Source: Thermoanaerobaculia bacterium
GTDB lineage: Bacteria; Acidobacteriota; Thermoanaerobaculia; UBA5066; Gp7-AA6
Reading direction: 5' to 3'
Assembly: GCA_046261875.1 (NCBI GenBank)
Contig: JBHENW010000177.1
Location: 1-58,988 of the forward strand
Length of the DNA: 58,988 nucleotides
Shown: piece after piece, positions 17,604 through 27,057 of the stretch
How the letters are laid out: the number at the start of each line of letters is the position of its first letter
Numbering within the stretch: position 1 is the first letter of the stretch
Notes under the pieces: model-generated
Told to the model about the DNA's origin: nothing
Seen by the model: only the letters and a program-made list of their open reading frames with translations
Database searches by the model: none
Made by a program: the position numbers and the translations under genes

Positions 17604-18757
17604 CGCGCCGCCTCGACCGTCTTGCGCGCGGCGTCCGCGAGGCCGTCCGCCGGAGTGATCTTCAGGCCCGATTCCCTGAGGATCGCCTTGCCTTCGTCCA
17701 CGTTCGTCCCTTCGAGGCGCACGACGACCGGCGTCGCGAGGCCGATCTCCCGCGCGGCGGCGACGACGCCCTTGGCGATGATGTCGCAGCGCATGATGCC
17801 GCCGAAGATGTTGATGAGGATGGCCCGGACGTTGTGGTCCGACAGGATGATGCGGAACGCGTTCTTCACCTGTTCTTCGTTGGCCCCGCCGCCGACGTCG
17901 AGGAAGTTGGCCGGCTCCCCCCCGGCGAGCTTGACGAGGTCCATCGTCGCCATCGCCAGTCCCGCGCCGTTGACCATGCAGCCGACGTTGCCGTCCAGCT
18001 TGATGTAGTTCAAGCCGAACTTGGACGCCTCGACCTCCAGCGGGTCCTCTTCCGAGAGATCCCGCATCTCCCGGATGTCGGGATGCCGGAACAGGGCGTT
18101 GTCGTCGAACGTCATCTTCGCGTCGAGGGCGAGGACGTCGCCGGAGCGCGTCACGAGCAGCGGGTTGATCTCCGCGAGCGAGGCGTCCGTCTCGACGTAC
18201 GCTTTGAAGAGCGCCGCCATGAAGGCGACGGCCTTCTTCAGAGTCGCGCCTTCGAGGCCGAGGGCGAAAGCGAGCTTGCGCGCCTGGAAGGGATACATCC
18301 CCGCGGCCGGGTCGAGGACCTCGCGCAAGATCGCGGCCGGGTCGCGGGCCGCGACCTCCTCGATCTCCATGCCGCCGGAGCGAGAGGCCATCATCGCCGG
18401 GAAGCTCCGGCCCCGGTCGAGCGTCACGCCGAGGTAGAGCTCCCGGTCGATCTCGACCGCCTCTTCGACGAGCACCTTCTGGACGAGCCGGCCGGCGGGT
18501 CCCGTCTGCGGGGTCACGAGCGTCATCCCGAGGATCGCGCGTGCGTGCGCGTGCGCCTCCTCCGGGTTGCGCGCGAGCTTGACCCCGCCCCCCTTGCCAC
18601 GGCCTCCCGCGTGGATCTGCGCCTTCACGACCGCGGCTCCGCCGAAGCGCTTGGCGATCTCCCGCGCCTCAGCGGGGTTGTCGGTCACTTCGCCGCGCGG
18701 CACGGCGACGCCGAAGCGGGCCAGGATCGACTTGGCCTGGTATTCGTGGACTTTCAT
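17600..18757 (-). CDS. sucC: Succinyl-CoA ligase beta subunit
   Basis: [34 protein letters not shown] and [10 protein letters not shown]. Confidence 0.98.
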   Translation of the reverse strand: MKVHEYQAKSILARFGVAVPRGEVTDNPAEAREIAKRFGGAAVVKAQIHAGGRGKGGGVKLARNPEEAHAHARAILGMTLVTPQTGPAGRLVQKVLVEEAVEIDRELYLGVTLDRGRSFPAMMASRSGGMEIEEVAARDPAAILREVLDPAAGMYPFQARKLAFALGLEGATLKKAVAFMAALFKAYVETDASLAEINPLLVTRSGDVLALDAKMTFDDNALFRHPDIREMRDLSEEDPLEVEASKFGLNYIKLDGNVGCMVNGAGLAMATMDLVKLAGGEPANFLDVGGGANEEQVKNAFRIILSDHNVRAILINIFGGIMRCDIIAKGVVAAAREIGLATPVVVRLEGTNVDEGKAILRESGLKITPADGLADAARKTVEAAR

Positions 18758-18769
18758 GGGCGTGGCGTC

Positions 18770-19516
18770 TCAGGTGCCAAAGAGCTTCTTGAGCCCATGC
18801 ACCGTGGTCGCCCGATACATCTCCGCGATCGCCGTCGTCAGTGGAATGGACTTGGGACAGATGCGGACGCAGTTCTGCGCGTTGCCGCAGTCGTCCACTC
18901 CGCCTTCGGCCATGAGCGCCTCGAGCCGTTCGGCGGCGTTCATCTTTCCGGTCGGATGGGAGTTGAAGAGCCGGGCCTGCGCGATCGCTGCCGCGCCGAT
19001 GAAGTTGGAGCGTCCGTTGACTTGCGGACAGACGTCGAGGCAGTTCCCGCACGTGATGCACTTGGAGTACTCGTACGCCAGCTGCCTCTCGGCTTCCGCC
19101 ATGCGCGGACCGGGGCCGAGGTCGTACGTCCCGTCGATCGGGACCCACGCGCGCACGCGCTTCAACGCCTCGAACATCATGCCGCGGTCGACCGAAAGGT
19201 CCCTCAGGACGGGAAACTTGCCGAGGGGCTCGAGGCGGATGGGCTGATCGAGCGAGTCGATGAGGGCCGAGCAGGCCATCCGCGCGACGCCGTTGATCCG
19301 CATGGCGCAGGAGCCGCAGACTTCTTCGAGGCAGGCGCGGTCGTAAACGACCGGCGAGGTCTTCTTGCCTTCCCGCGTCTTCGGGTCTTTCGCCAGGATC
19401 ATCAGGACGGAGATGACGTTCTGCCGCGGCACGTAGGGAATCGAGTAGCGCTCCCAGTAGGGAGAGGACGTCGGCGTGTCCTGGCGTCGGATCTCCAGAT
19501 CGATCGATTCGGGCAT
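18770..19516 (-). CDS. sdhB: Succinate dehydrogenase Fe-S subunit
   Basis: CLEEVCGSC, CITCGNCLDVCP and CGNAQNCVRICP Cys clusters. Confidence 0.96.
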   Translation of the reverse strand: MPESIDLEIRRQDTPTSSPYWERYSIPYVPRQNVISVLMILAKDPKTREGKKTSPVVYDRACLEEVCGSCAMRINGVARMACSALIDSLDQPIRLEPLGKFPVLRDLSVDRGMMFEALKRVRAWVPIDGTYDLGPGPRMAEAERQLAYEYSKCITCGNCLDVCPQVNGRSNFIGAAAIAQARLFNSHPTGKMNAAERLEALMAEGGVDDCGNAQNCVRICPKSIPLTTAIAEMYRATTVHGLKKLFGT

Positions 19517-19523
19517 CGCGCTC

Positions 19524-21374
19524 CTAGTATTTCCTCGGCCGGGGCTTGATCAAAGAGATGTCTACGGGCTCGTAGGTGATCCGGGGGCCGTCCGGCGTGT
19601 GCTCGGCGATCGTCGTCTTGAGGAAGCCGGCGTCGTCGCGCGGCAGCGCGTTCTCCTCGGAGACGCCTTTGGTCACGTCGCGGACCTTGTAGTGCGCGCC
19701 GCGCGACTCTTCGCGCAGCAGCGCGCCCCGCGTCATGACCTGCCCCAGGAGGATCATGTTCCGCAGCTGGTTGATGAACGAGATCTCCCGGTTGGCATAG
19801 CCGGAGCGGTCGGTCAGGCCGATCCGCTCCCAGCGCCCCGAGAGCTCTGCGAGCTTCTCTTCGGTCGCCTTCAGCTTCCCGTTCTCGCGGATCACGGTGA
19901 CGTTGTCGGTCATCCAGTCGCCGAGCTCCTCGGCGATCACGTGCGGGTTCTCGGGGCCGGAGAGTTTCGCGAGGCCGGCGAACTCCCCTTCCCACCGGCG
20001 GCGCGCCTCGGCGAACGCGGCGTCCGCGGAGGGCAGCTTCGCGGCGGTCTCTCGTCCGTACTGCACCATGGCCGGGCCGCTGATCTTGCCCGCGTACAGG
20101 CAGGAGACGAGCGAGTTGGCGCCCAAGCGGTTCGCGCCGTGGTACTGGTAATCCACCTCGCCCGAGGCGTAGAGGCCCGGCACGTTGGTCGCCTGGTTGC
20201 GCGGAGAGGTCTCGTCGAGCATCCCCGTGGCCTCGTCCTTCGCGTAATCGGCCCAGAGGCCGCCCATGGAGTAGTGCATTCCCGGGAAGACCTTCATGGG
20301 CGTCTCGCGCGGGTCGTCGCCGACGAACTTCTCGTAGATCTCCAGGATCCCGCCGAGCTTCACGTCGAGCCGGGCCTTCGGGATGTGCGTCAGGTCGAGA
20401 TAAACCTGGCGCCGGCCGTCCACCCCGTAGCCCATGAGACAGACCTGGAAGATCTCGCGGGTCGCGATGTCCCGCGGGACGAGGTTGCCGAGCGACGGGT
20501 ACTTCTCCTCCAGGAAATACCAGCGCTCGGCCTCCGGGATCGCTTTCGGGGCGCGCTTGTCCCCCTGCGTGCGCGGAACCCAGACGCGCCCCCCTTCCCC
20601 CCGCGCCGATTCGGACATCAGCCGGAGCTTGTCGGTTCCGGGGATCGCGGTCGGATGGACCTGGATGAACTCGCCGTTGGCGTACCGCGCGCCGTCCCGG
20701 TAGGCGGCCCCGGCGGCCGTGCCGGTGTTGATCACGGAGTTCGTCGAACGGCCGAAAACGATTCCCGGCCCGCCCGTGGCGAGCATGACGCCCATGCCCG
20801 GGAACGCCTCGATCTTCATCGAGTACCAGTCGAGGGCCACGATGCCGCGGCAGTTGCCGTCCGCGTCCTTGACGAGGCCGAGGAACTCCCACATCTCGTA
20901 CTTGCGGACGTAGCCCGCGACCTCCTGCCGGCGCACCTGCTCGTCGAGCGCGTAGAGGAGCTGCTGGCCCGTCGTCGCGCCGGCGTACGCGGTGCGGTGG
21001 AACTTCGTCCCGCCGAAGCGCCGGAAGTCGAGCAGCCCCTCCGGCGTGCGGTTGAACATGACGCCCATCCGGTCGAGCAGGTTGATGATGCCCGGCGCCG
21101 CGTAGCACATCGCCTTGACGGGAGGCTGGTTGGCGAGGAAGTCGCCCCCGTAAATCGTGTCGTTGAAGTGGATCTCCGGCGAGTCCCCCTCCCCCTTCGT
21201 ATTGACCGCCCCGTTGATGCCCCCCTGGGCGCAGACCGAGTGGCTGCGCTTGACCGGCACGATGGAGAAGAGGTCCACGGGCACGCCGAGCTCCGCGGCG
21301 CGGACGGCGGCCATCAGGCCGGCCAAGCCGCCGCCGACGACGATGATCCGCTCGGATGAGGCGGGCGCGCTCAC
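19524..21374 (-). CDS. sdhA: Succinate dehydrogenase flavoprotein subunit
   Basis: GGGLAG, RSHSVCAQGG, QVHPT, HYSMGG, HGANRLGANSL and ESRGAH. Confidence 0.97.
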   Translation of the reverse strand: MSAPASSERIIVVGGGLAGLMAAVRAAELGVPVDLFSIVPVKRSHSVCAQGGINGAVNTKGEGDSPEIHFNDTIYGGDFLANQPPVKAMCYAAPGIINLLDRMGVMFNRTPEGLLDFRRFGGTKFHRTAYAGATTGQQLLYALDEQVRRQEVAGYVRKYEMWEFLGLVKDADGNCRGIVALDWYSMKIEAFPGMGVMLATGGPGIVFGRSTNSVINTGTAAGAAYRDGARYANGEFIQVHPTAIPGTDKLRLMSESARGEGGRVWVPRTQGDKRAPKAIPEAERWYFLEEKYPSLGNLVPRDIATREIFQVCLMGYGVDGRRQVYLDLTHIPKARLDVKLGGILEIYEKFVGDDPRETPMKVFPGMHYSMGGLWADYAKDEATGMLDETSPRNQATNVPGLYASGEVDYQYHGANRLGANSLVSCLYAGKISGPAMVQYGRETAAKLPSADAAFAEARRRWEGEFAGLAKLSGPENPHVIAEELGDWMTDNVTVIRENGKLKATEEKLAELSGRWERIGLTDRSGYANREISFINQLRNMILLGQVMTRGALLREESRGAHYKVRDVTKGVSEENALPRDDAGFLKTTIAEHTPDGPRITYEPVDISLIKPRPRKY

Positions 21375-22003
21375 AAGCGGAACGCCTGGATCGAGCGGAC
21401 CCCGATGAAGGAGAGCGCGAGGAAGACGGCGGCCGAGACGAACATCATCCGGCGCTGCGCCCGAGGCCCTACGGTGAGTCCCCAGACGATCGAAAAGGTC
21501 CAGAGGCCGTTGGCCAGGTGCAGTGTCGCCGAGAGAATCCCCGCGAGATAGAAAGCGTAGATCCACGGGTTGGCCACGGAGGCCTGCACGAGGCGGAAGA
21601 GGTCGAGGCTCTCGTGGTCCTGGAGCTGGACGAGCCGCGTCGTCCAGTAGTGGAAGATGATGAAAGCGAACAGGATGACGCCCGTGACTCTCTGGGAGAA
21701 ATACATCCAGTTGCGCACGTAGCGGTTGGAGATCAGGTTCGCGCTGCCGGTACTCGTCACGAAGAGCCCATAGATGGCGTGGAAGGCGAGCGGAAGGGCG
21801 ATCACGACGATTTCGAGGATCACGGCGAAGGGAACCCTCTGCAGGCTTCGGGTCATCTCGTTGTAGGCGTCCGGGCCTTTCGTCGCCGTGTAGTTCTCCC
21901 ACAGGTGGAAGGCGAGGAACCCGCCGATCGGGACGATCCCCGAGAGGGAATGGAGACGGCGCAGCCAGAAATGGCGCGTGTCGCCCGCGGTGCGTTGCGT
22001 CAT
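21371..22003 (-). CDS. sdhC: Succinate dehydrogenase cytochrome b558 subunit (Bacillus-type, single large anchor)
   Basis: [21 protein letters not shown] and HLANGLW heme-ligand His motifs; 5 TM helices. Confidence 0.93.
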   Translation of the reverse strand: MTQRTAGDTRHFWLRRLHSLSGIVPIGGFLAFHLWENYTATKGPDAYNEMTRSLQRVPFAVILEIVVIALPLAFHAIYGLFVTSTGSANLISNRYVRNWMYFSQRVTGVILFAFIIFHYWTTRLVQLQDHESLDLFRLVQASVANPWIYAFYLAGILSATLHLANGLWTFSIVWGLTVGPRAQRRMMFVSAAVFLALSFIGVRSIQAFRL

Positions 22004-22926
22004 GCGGGCAGGAGGGCGAAGAGCTCCCGTACGGAAGCCGCGGAGCCCTCGAGGGCCCGCTTCTCCTCCTCCGTCAACCGGACCTCGATGATCTGCTCGA
22101 CCCCCCGCCGCCCCAGCTTGACCGGCACACCGAGGTAGACGTCCTTCATGCCGTACTCCCCATCGAGGTAGGCCGCGCAGGGAAGGATCTTCCTCTTGTC
22201 TTTGAGAACGGACTCGACCATCTCGACGACGGCCGATGAGGGGGCGTAGTAGGCCGAGCCGGTCTTGTAGTAGTTGACGATCTCGATCCCGCCGTTGCGG
22301 GTGCGATGGACGATCGCCTCGACCTGTTCTGCGGGGAGGAGCTCGGTGATCGGGATGCCGGCGACGGTGGAGTACCGGGCCAGCGGGACCATCGTGTCCC
22401 CGTGTCCGCCCAGAACGAAGGCATGCGTGCTCTCGACCGAGACGCCCAGGGCCTCGGCGATGAACCACCGCATCCGCGCGGAGTCGAGGATCCCCGCCAT
22501 TCCGAAGACGCGCTCCCGCGGAAACCGGGAGACACGGCGCGCGACCTCGCACATGGCGTCGAGAGGGTTTGAGACGACGATGAGGATCGCCTCCGGACTG
22601 CGGCGCGCGGCTTCCCGCACCACCGCGGAGACGATCTCCGTGTTCTTGAGGACCAGGTCGTCTCGCGACATCCCCGGTTTGCGCGCCAGGCCGGCCGTCA
22701 CGACGACGACGTCGGAGCCGTCGGAAAGCTCGTACCCGTTGGAACCGCTCATGCGGGCGTCGAAGCCTTCGACAGGCGCGGACTCCATCATGTCCAACGC
22801 CTTCCCCTGCGGAATCCCCTCGAGGATGTCCACGAGGACGACGTCCGCGATCTCCTTCTCGACGAGGCGCTGCGCGGCGGTGGCGCCCACGTTGCCGGCG
22901 CCGACGACGGTGACCTTGTGCCGCAT
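22000..22926 (-). CDS. mdh: Malate dehydrogenase (LDH-like)
   Basis: [25 protein letters not shown] and GGHGD. Confidence 0.96.
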   Translation of the reverse strand: MRHKVTVVGAGNVGATAAQRLVEKEIADVVLVDILEGIPQGKALDMMESAPVEGFDARMSGSNGYELSDGSDVVVVTAGLARKPGMSRDDLVLKNTEIVSAVVREAARRSPEAILIVVSNPLDAMCEVARRVSRFPRERVFGMAGILDSARMRWFIAEALGVSVESTHAFVLGGHGDTMVPLARYSTVAGIPITELLPAEQVEAIVHRTRNGGIEIVNYYKTGSAYYAPSSAVVEMVESVLKDKRKILPCAAYLDGEYGMKDVYLGVPVKLGRRGVEQIIEVRLTEEEKRALEGSAASVRELFALLPA

Positions 22927-22945
22927 GCGGGGGGGAATATAACTC

Positions 22946-23055
22946 GTCGCCTCCGCTCATTCGTGGCCGGCCTTCGGCACCGGCTCGCGGCTCGCGCGGA
23001 TGCGCGCTCGACCGCTCGCCTGGCCGCTCATTCGCTTCGGCGGCCAAACCGCGAC
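22946..23055. repeat. Intergenic repeat copy 2 (inverted relative to copy 1)
   Basis: 22970-22996 is the exact reverse complement of 9828-9854 (27 nt); 23006-23016 matches 9810-9820. Direct repeat CCGCTCATTCG at 22953 and 23024. Confidence 0.8.
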
Positions 23056-23086
23056 TCGCATGGCGCCGTTCTAGAATGGAACAATC

Positions 23087-23443
23087 ATGAGTGCGCGTCC
23101 GGAATACAAGAGTCATCCGCTGTGGGCCGCGGCGATGGATCTCGCGCGCGATGCCTACGCGCTCGCCGAAGGATTGCGCACCGACGATGCCGAAGCCAGC
23201 CGGCGCCTGCGCCGCGCGGCGGTGCGCGTGCCGGCACGCATCGCGGGCGCCCTGTCCGCGTCGGCCGAGGGACGCACCGAGCACGTCCTCGCAGCACGCG
23301 GCGCCCTCGCCGAAGTGACCCGGCAGGCGCGCCGCGCCGGTTCCGTGCCGCCGAGCGCGCCGGATCTGGCGGCGCGGGCGGAACGGCTCGACCCGGCCGT
23401 CCTCTTCGAGCTCGGCATCCCGGAAGGCCAGCCCTCCTCCTGA
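23087..23443 (+). CDS. Four-helix bundle protein (23S rRNA intervening-sequence protein family), divergent
   Basis: YKSHPLWAAAMDLARDAY...LRRAAVRVPARIA...ARGALAEV follows the family pattern. Confidence 0.7.
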   Translation: MSARPEYKSHPLWAAAMDLARDAYALAEGLRTDDAEASRRLRRAAVRVPARIAGALSASAEGRTEHVLAARGALAEVTRQARRAGSVPPSAPDLAARAERLDPAVLFELGIPEGQPSS

Positions 23444-23835
23444 TGGCCGAGGTCGAAACGCGGCGCGGCCGCCTCTCCCTGATCATTGCTGCGGCGCTCG
23501 TGCTCGTCGCCGGGGCCCTGTGGCTCCCGACCTGGTGGGAGGCCCGGCAATACCGCCAGGCGGAGTCGATCGCCGGCGTCGGCGCACGGCTGCAGGCGGG
23601 CAGCCTCACGGATGCCCGCCGCAAGATCGAGACGGGCAACACCGCCGAGGCAGTCGAGGCGGCGATCGGGAAAGCCTCCGTGGCCGTCGGCACGGAGGGA
23701 ACCTCCCGGCACGACAAGTGGACCTACTACTACGCCGACGGCACCATGACGCTGCACCTGACCGACGGCGCTGTCGTGCGCATCGCCACGGAGTACGGCG
23801 CTCCGCTCATACCGACCTCGCGCCGCCCCCTCTGA
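23443..23835 (+). CDS. Membrane-anchored protein with a SmpA/BamE-like domain
   Basis: N-terminal TM helix; G.T.E.V...IG....WTYYY pattern. ATG overlaps the upstream TGA. Confidence 0.6.
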   Translation: MAEVETRRGRLSLIIAAALVLVAGALWLPTWWEARQYRQAESIAGVGARLQAGSLTDARRKIETGNTAEAVEAAIGKASVAVGTEGTSRHDKWTYYYADGTMTLHLTDGAVVRIATEYGAPLIPTSRRPL

Positions 23836-23836
23836 G

Positions 23837-24250
23837 ATGAGCGCTCCGCGCGGCATCCGATCCGAGCCCTCGATCCGCGTCGTCATGATGCCGAAGGACA
23901 CCAACGCCCACGGCACCATCTTCGGCGGCGTGATCCTCTCCTACATCGACCAGGCGGCCGCGGTCGAAGCCAAGCGGCACGGCGCCTCGTTCATCGTCAC
24001 GGTCGCCATGCGGGAGGTCGTCTTCCACGAGCCGGTCCAGGTGGGGGATCTCGTCTCGTTCTATACGAACCTCGTCCGGATCGGCCGGACGTCGATCACG
24101 ATCGCGGTCGAAGTCATCTCGCAATCCAGCGAGGGGACCGGCCACCGGCGCGTTAAGGTGACGGAGGCCGAGGTGACCTTCGTCAACCTGGACGAGAATC
24201 GCAGGCCCACGCCGATTCCCCGCAACGGCACGCGGGAGACGGAGGCGTGA
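23837..24250 (+). CDS. Acyl-CoA thioesterase (YciA-like hotdog fold)
   Basis: MPKDTNAHGTIFGG..LSYID, PVQVGD and GRTSI. Confidence 0.93.
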   Translation: MSAPRGIRSEPSIRVVMMPKDTNAHGTIFGGVILSYIDQAAAVEAKRHGASFIVTVAMREVVFHEPVQVGDLVSFYTNLVRIGRTSITIAVEVISQSSEGTGHRRVKVTEAEVTFVNLDENRRPTPIPRNGTRETEA

Positions 24251-24264
24251 TACCCCGCGCATGA

Positions 24265-24294
24265 AAAAAGGTCCCGATTGCTCGGGACCTTTTT
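24265..24294. terminator. Bidirectional intrinsic terminator
   Basis: AAAAAGGTCCCGA-TTGC-TCGGGACCTTTTT between convergent genes. Confidence 0.9.
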
Positions 24295-24343
24295 CTTGAT
24301 CAGCCAGGCAAGAGCCTGGCAATGGAATCCGGTCAGAGAGAGC

Positions 24344-24931
24344 TTACCACTCCGACTCCTCTTCCGCTTCTCCTCTTCCGCTTCCTGTTCCCTCGTCCTC
24401 GCTCATGGACCGCGCCCCGGATGAGCCGCCTTCCCTGCGGCTGCGCCCCGACGAGCCCGAAGCACCGGTGTCGGAGAATTCGCGAACGCCCTCCCGGTAC
24501 TCTTCTTCCGCCTTCCAGTTGGTCTCCCCGTAAGTCCCGCGCGTCGACGCTCCGGCCATTGCGCCGCCCATCGTCCCGCGCCCGCGAGAGGAGGAAGACG
24601 CGGCGCGGCTGCGCGTCGAGGACGAGGAGCCCCCGCGGCCGCCGCTGCTCTTCTTCGCTCCGCCCTGGCGTTTGGACCCGGACGAACGGGAGCCGCGCGC
24701 CGCCGTGGATTTCGAAGACCGCTTCGCCCCTCCGCGACTCCCGGTGGCCGCCCCGCGCGCGCTCGCCTTGCGCTTCGATGTCGTCTTCTTCCGCGTCCTG
24801 GTCCTGGAGGCGCCGCGCGCGCTGCCGCCGGCTCCACCCCGACGGGACGTTCCGCGCGAGCGGCTCTTCCCGCCCCCCTTCGAAGAGCCACGGCCCTTGC
24901 CGCCGCCCGTTCTCTTGCGTGTTTGCGCCAT
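24344..24931 (-). CDS. Highly basic Gly/Arg/Ser/Lys low-complexity protein with an acidic C-tail
   Basis: AAGGAG RBS before ATG 24931 (MAQTRKRTGGGKGRG...); the gene ends at the terminator. Confidence 0.75.
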   Translation of the reverse strand: MAQTRKRTGGGKGRGSSKGGGKSRSRGTSRRGGAGGSARGASRTRTRKKTTSKRKASARGAATGSRGGAKRSSKSTAARGSRSSGSKRQGGAKKSSGGRGGSSSSTRSRAASSSSRGRGTMGGAMAGASTRGTYGETNWKAEEEYREGVREFSDTGASGSSGRSRREGGSSGARSMSEDEGTGSGRGEAEEESEW

Positions 24932-24987
24932 CTGAAACTCCTTTCCGGCCGCACCTTCCGCCGTCGCCGGATCATACAATTCCGATC

Positions 24988-25607
24988 TTGTCCACGCGAA
25001 GGCAACCGGACCGCGTCCGGATCCTGCCGCGGCCGGACGGTCTGACCGTCGAGATCCAGCCTCTCGTGCGGATGCGGGGGGCCCGGGTGCGTCTCCTCCT
25101 GGTCACGGTGCTCGTGCTCGCGGGCGCGCTCGTGGCGGCCGCCCGCCTCGGCCGCGCCTGGGATCAGGGGCTGCGCCGCGGGACTTTTTCGGACCTCCCG
25201 GTGGCCGTCCTGATCGCCCTGACGCGGCTGTCGGCGCCTCGACGCCCGCCGCTCTGCTCGGGCTGGCGGCCCTGGCTTTCGCCGAGGAGCGCATCGAGGT
25301 CGGTCCCGACAGCGTGACGATCGAGTCCACCGCGTTCGAGAAGACCCGCCGGGTCCGCATCCCCCGCGGCCAGCTCATCCACTGGCGCGAGACCTATCTT
25401 CCGCTCCCGCCATGGTGGACCTGGGCGGTTCGCCGCCTCGCGGCCCGTGCGAACGGACGGCTGCACTCCGTCGGCGGCGCGGCCGGCCCGCGCGAGAAGA
25501 GGGTCATCGCCCATGCCCTGGCGCGGGCGACCGGCGCGCCGCTCATCGGCGTGTGGGGGGCGCGGCTCCGGCTCCCCGGGGAATCCGCCGCCGAGCGACC
25601 CTGTTAA
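24988..25607 (+). pseudogene. Hypothetical 2-TM membrane protein with a 1-nt frameshift near 25224
   Basis: TTG 24988 follows TACAAT. The frame switches from ...VLIALT to AAVGASTPAALLGLAALAFAEERIEVG... and joins ORF 25314..25607. May be a sequencing error. Confidence 0.55.
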
Positions 25608-25621
25608 GGTATCGGCATTCT

Positions 25622-26959
25622 ATGAGTTACGCGAAACCCGAGACACATCTCACCGACACGATCCTCTCCCACTACGACGTGCCCGACGAAGTCCGATGGG
25701 GGCTCGTCGACGCCGGCTTCGTCTTCGCGACCCCGATCCAGGAGAAGACGCTTCCCATCGCGCTCGCGGGACGAGACGTCGCGGGCCAGGCTCAGACGGG
25801 GACGGGGAAGACCGCCGCGTTCCTCATCACGATCTTCAGCCGCCTGCTGCGCAAGCCCCGGCCCCGCCCGGCCCGAGGGCCCCGGGCGCTCGTCGTCGCG
25901 CCCACCCGGGAGCTCGTGATGCAGATCCGCGAGGACGCCGAGCTGCTCGGGCGCCATACGGGGCTTTCGACCCTCGCGGTCTTCGGGGGGATCGATTACC
26001 GGCTCCAGCGGGAGGCCGTCAAGAAAGTGCCCGACCTCCTCGTCGGAACGCCCGGCCGGCTGCTCGATTATGAACAGCAGGGTGCGACGACCTTCGCCGA
26101 CGTCGAGATCCTCGTCATCGACGAAGCCGACCGGATGTTCGACATGGGCTTCATCCGCGACCTGCGGCGCATCCTGCGCCGGTGCCCCCCCTACCACCGC
26201 CGGCAGACACTCCTCTTCTCGGCCACGCTCTCCCACCGGGTGATGGAGCTGGCGTACGAGCATACGAACCAGGCGGAGAAGCTCGAAGTCGAGCCGGAGC
26301 GGGTCGGCGCGCACGGGATCAAGGAGCTCCTCTACCACGTCTCGGCCCGCGAGAAGTTCCGCCTCCTGCTGGGGCTGCTCGAGAGCGAGGGGGGCAAACG
26401 CGTCCTCATCTTCGTGAACCGCCGGACGAGCGCCGCCGAGCTCGTCCGCGGGCTCTCCGCCAACGGCTACCCGACCCGCGCGCTGGCCGGCAACATCCCC
26501 CAGGACCGGCGGATGAAGATCCTGGCGGACTTCAAGGAAGCCAAGCTCGCGGTCCTCGTGGCGACCGACGTGGCATCACGCGGGCTGCACATCGAGGGGG
26601 TCTCGCACGTCATCAACTACGACCTGCCCCAGGACCCCGAGGACTACGTGCACCGGATCGGCCGGACGGGCCGCGCCGGCGCCCTGGGAACCGCCGTCTC
26701 GTTCGCCTGCGATGATTACGTCTTTTCCCTCGACTCGATCCAGAAGCTCATCGGACGGGATGTCCCCGTCGAATGGCCGCCCGAGACGCTGTTCCGTTCG
26801 GGCAAGCTGTCCCAGGCCCCCCGCCCTCCCTCGTCGCACCATCCTCGGCGCACCGGCCCGGCGCCCGCCCGCGCGAAACCCGGCCGCTCCACGACGGCGG
26901 CTGGCCCGGACGACGCGGACGCTTTCGGCCGCACCGCGCGGAAATCCCGCCGTCGCTAG
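25622..26959 (+). CDS. rhlB: DEAD-box RNA helicase (RhlB-like)
   Basis: TPIQ, AQTGTGKT, PTREL, DEADRMFDMGF, SAT and YVHRIGRTGRAG. Confidence 0.85.
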   Translation: MSYAKPETHLTDTILSHYDVPDEVRWGLVDAGFVFATPIQEKTLPIALAGRDVAGQAQTGTGKTAAFLITIFSRLLRKPRPRPARGPRALVVAPTRELVMQIREDAELLGRHTGLSTLAVFGGIDYRLQREAVKKVPDLLVGTPGRLLDYEQQGATTFADVEILVIDEADRMFDMGFIRDLRRILRRCPPYHRRQTLLFSATLSHRVMELAYEHTNQAEKLEVEPERVGAHGIKELLYHVSAREKFRLLLGLLESEGGKRVLIFVNRRTSAAELVRGLSANGYPTRALAGNIPQDRRMKILADFKEAKLAVLVATDVASRGLHIEGVSHVINYDLPQDPEDYVHRIGRTGRAGALGTAVSFACDDYVFSLDSIQKLIGRDVPVEWPPETLFRSGKLSQAPRPPSSHHPRRTGPAPARAKPGRSTTAAGPDDADAFGRTARKSRRR

Positions 26960-26995
26960 GACCGGAAACCGCCCTCGAACCAGCCTCAGGCCCGT

Positions 26996-27040
26996 TCGCG
27001 GCGCGAGGAGTTTCCGCCCTCGGAGGAGCGTCGGGCCGCG
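26996..27040. repeat. Intergenic repeat copy 3 (REP-like hairpin module)
   Basis: 26996-27020 matches 9668-9692 at 23/25; 26998-27040 matches 56686-56727 at 38/43. Confidence 0.75.
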
Positions 27041-27057
27041 GGAGCAGTAGGGACGGT

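Noticed and set aside
23087-23443. Four-helix bundle as the Avd of a diversity-generating retroelement
   Set aside because: No reverse transcriptase and no TR/VR repeat pair in the window.
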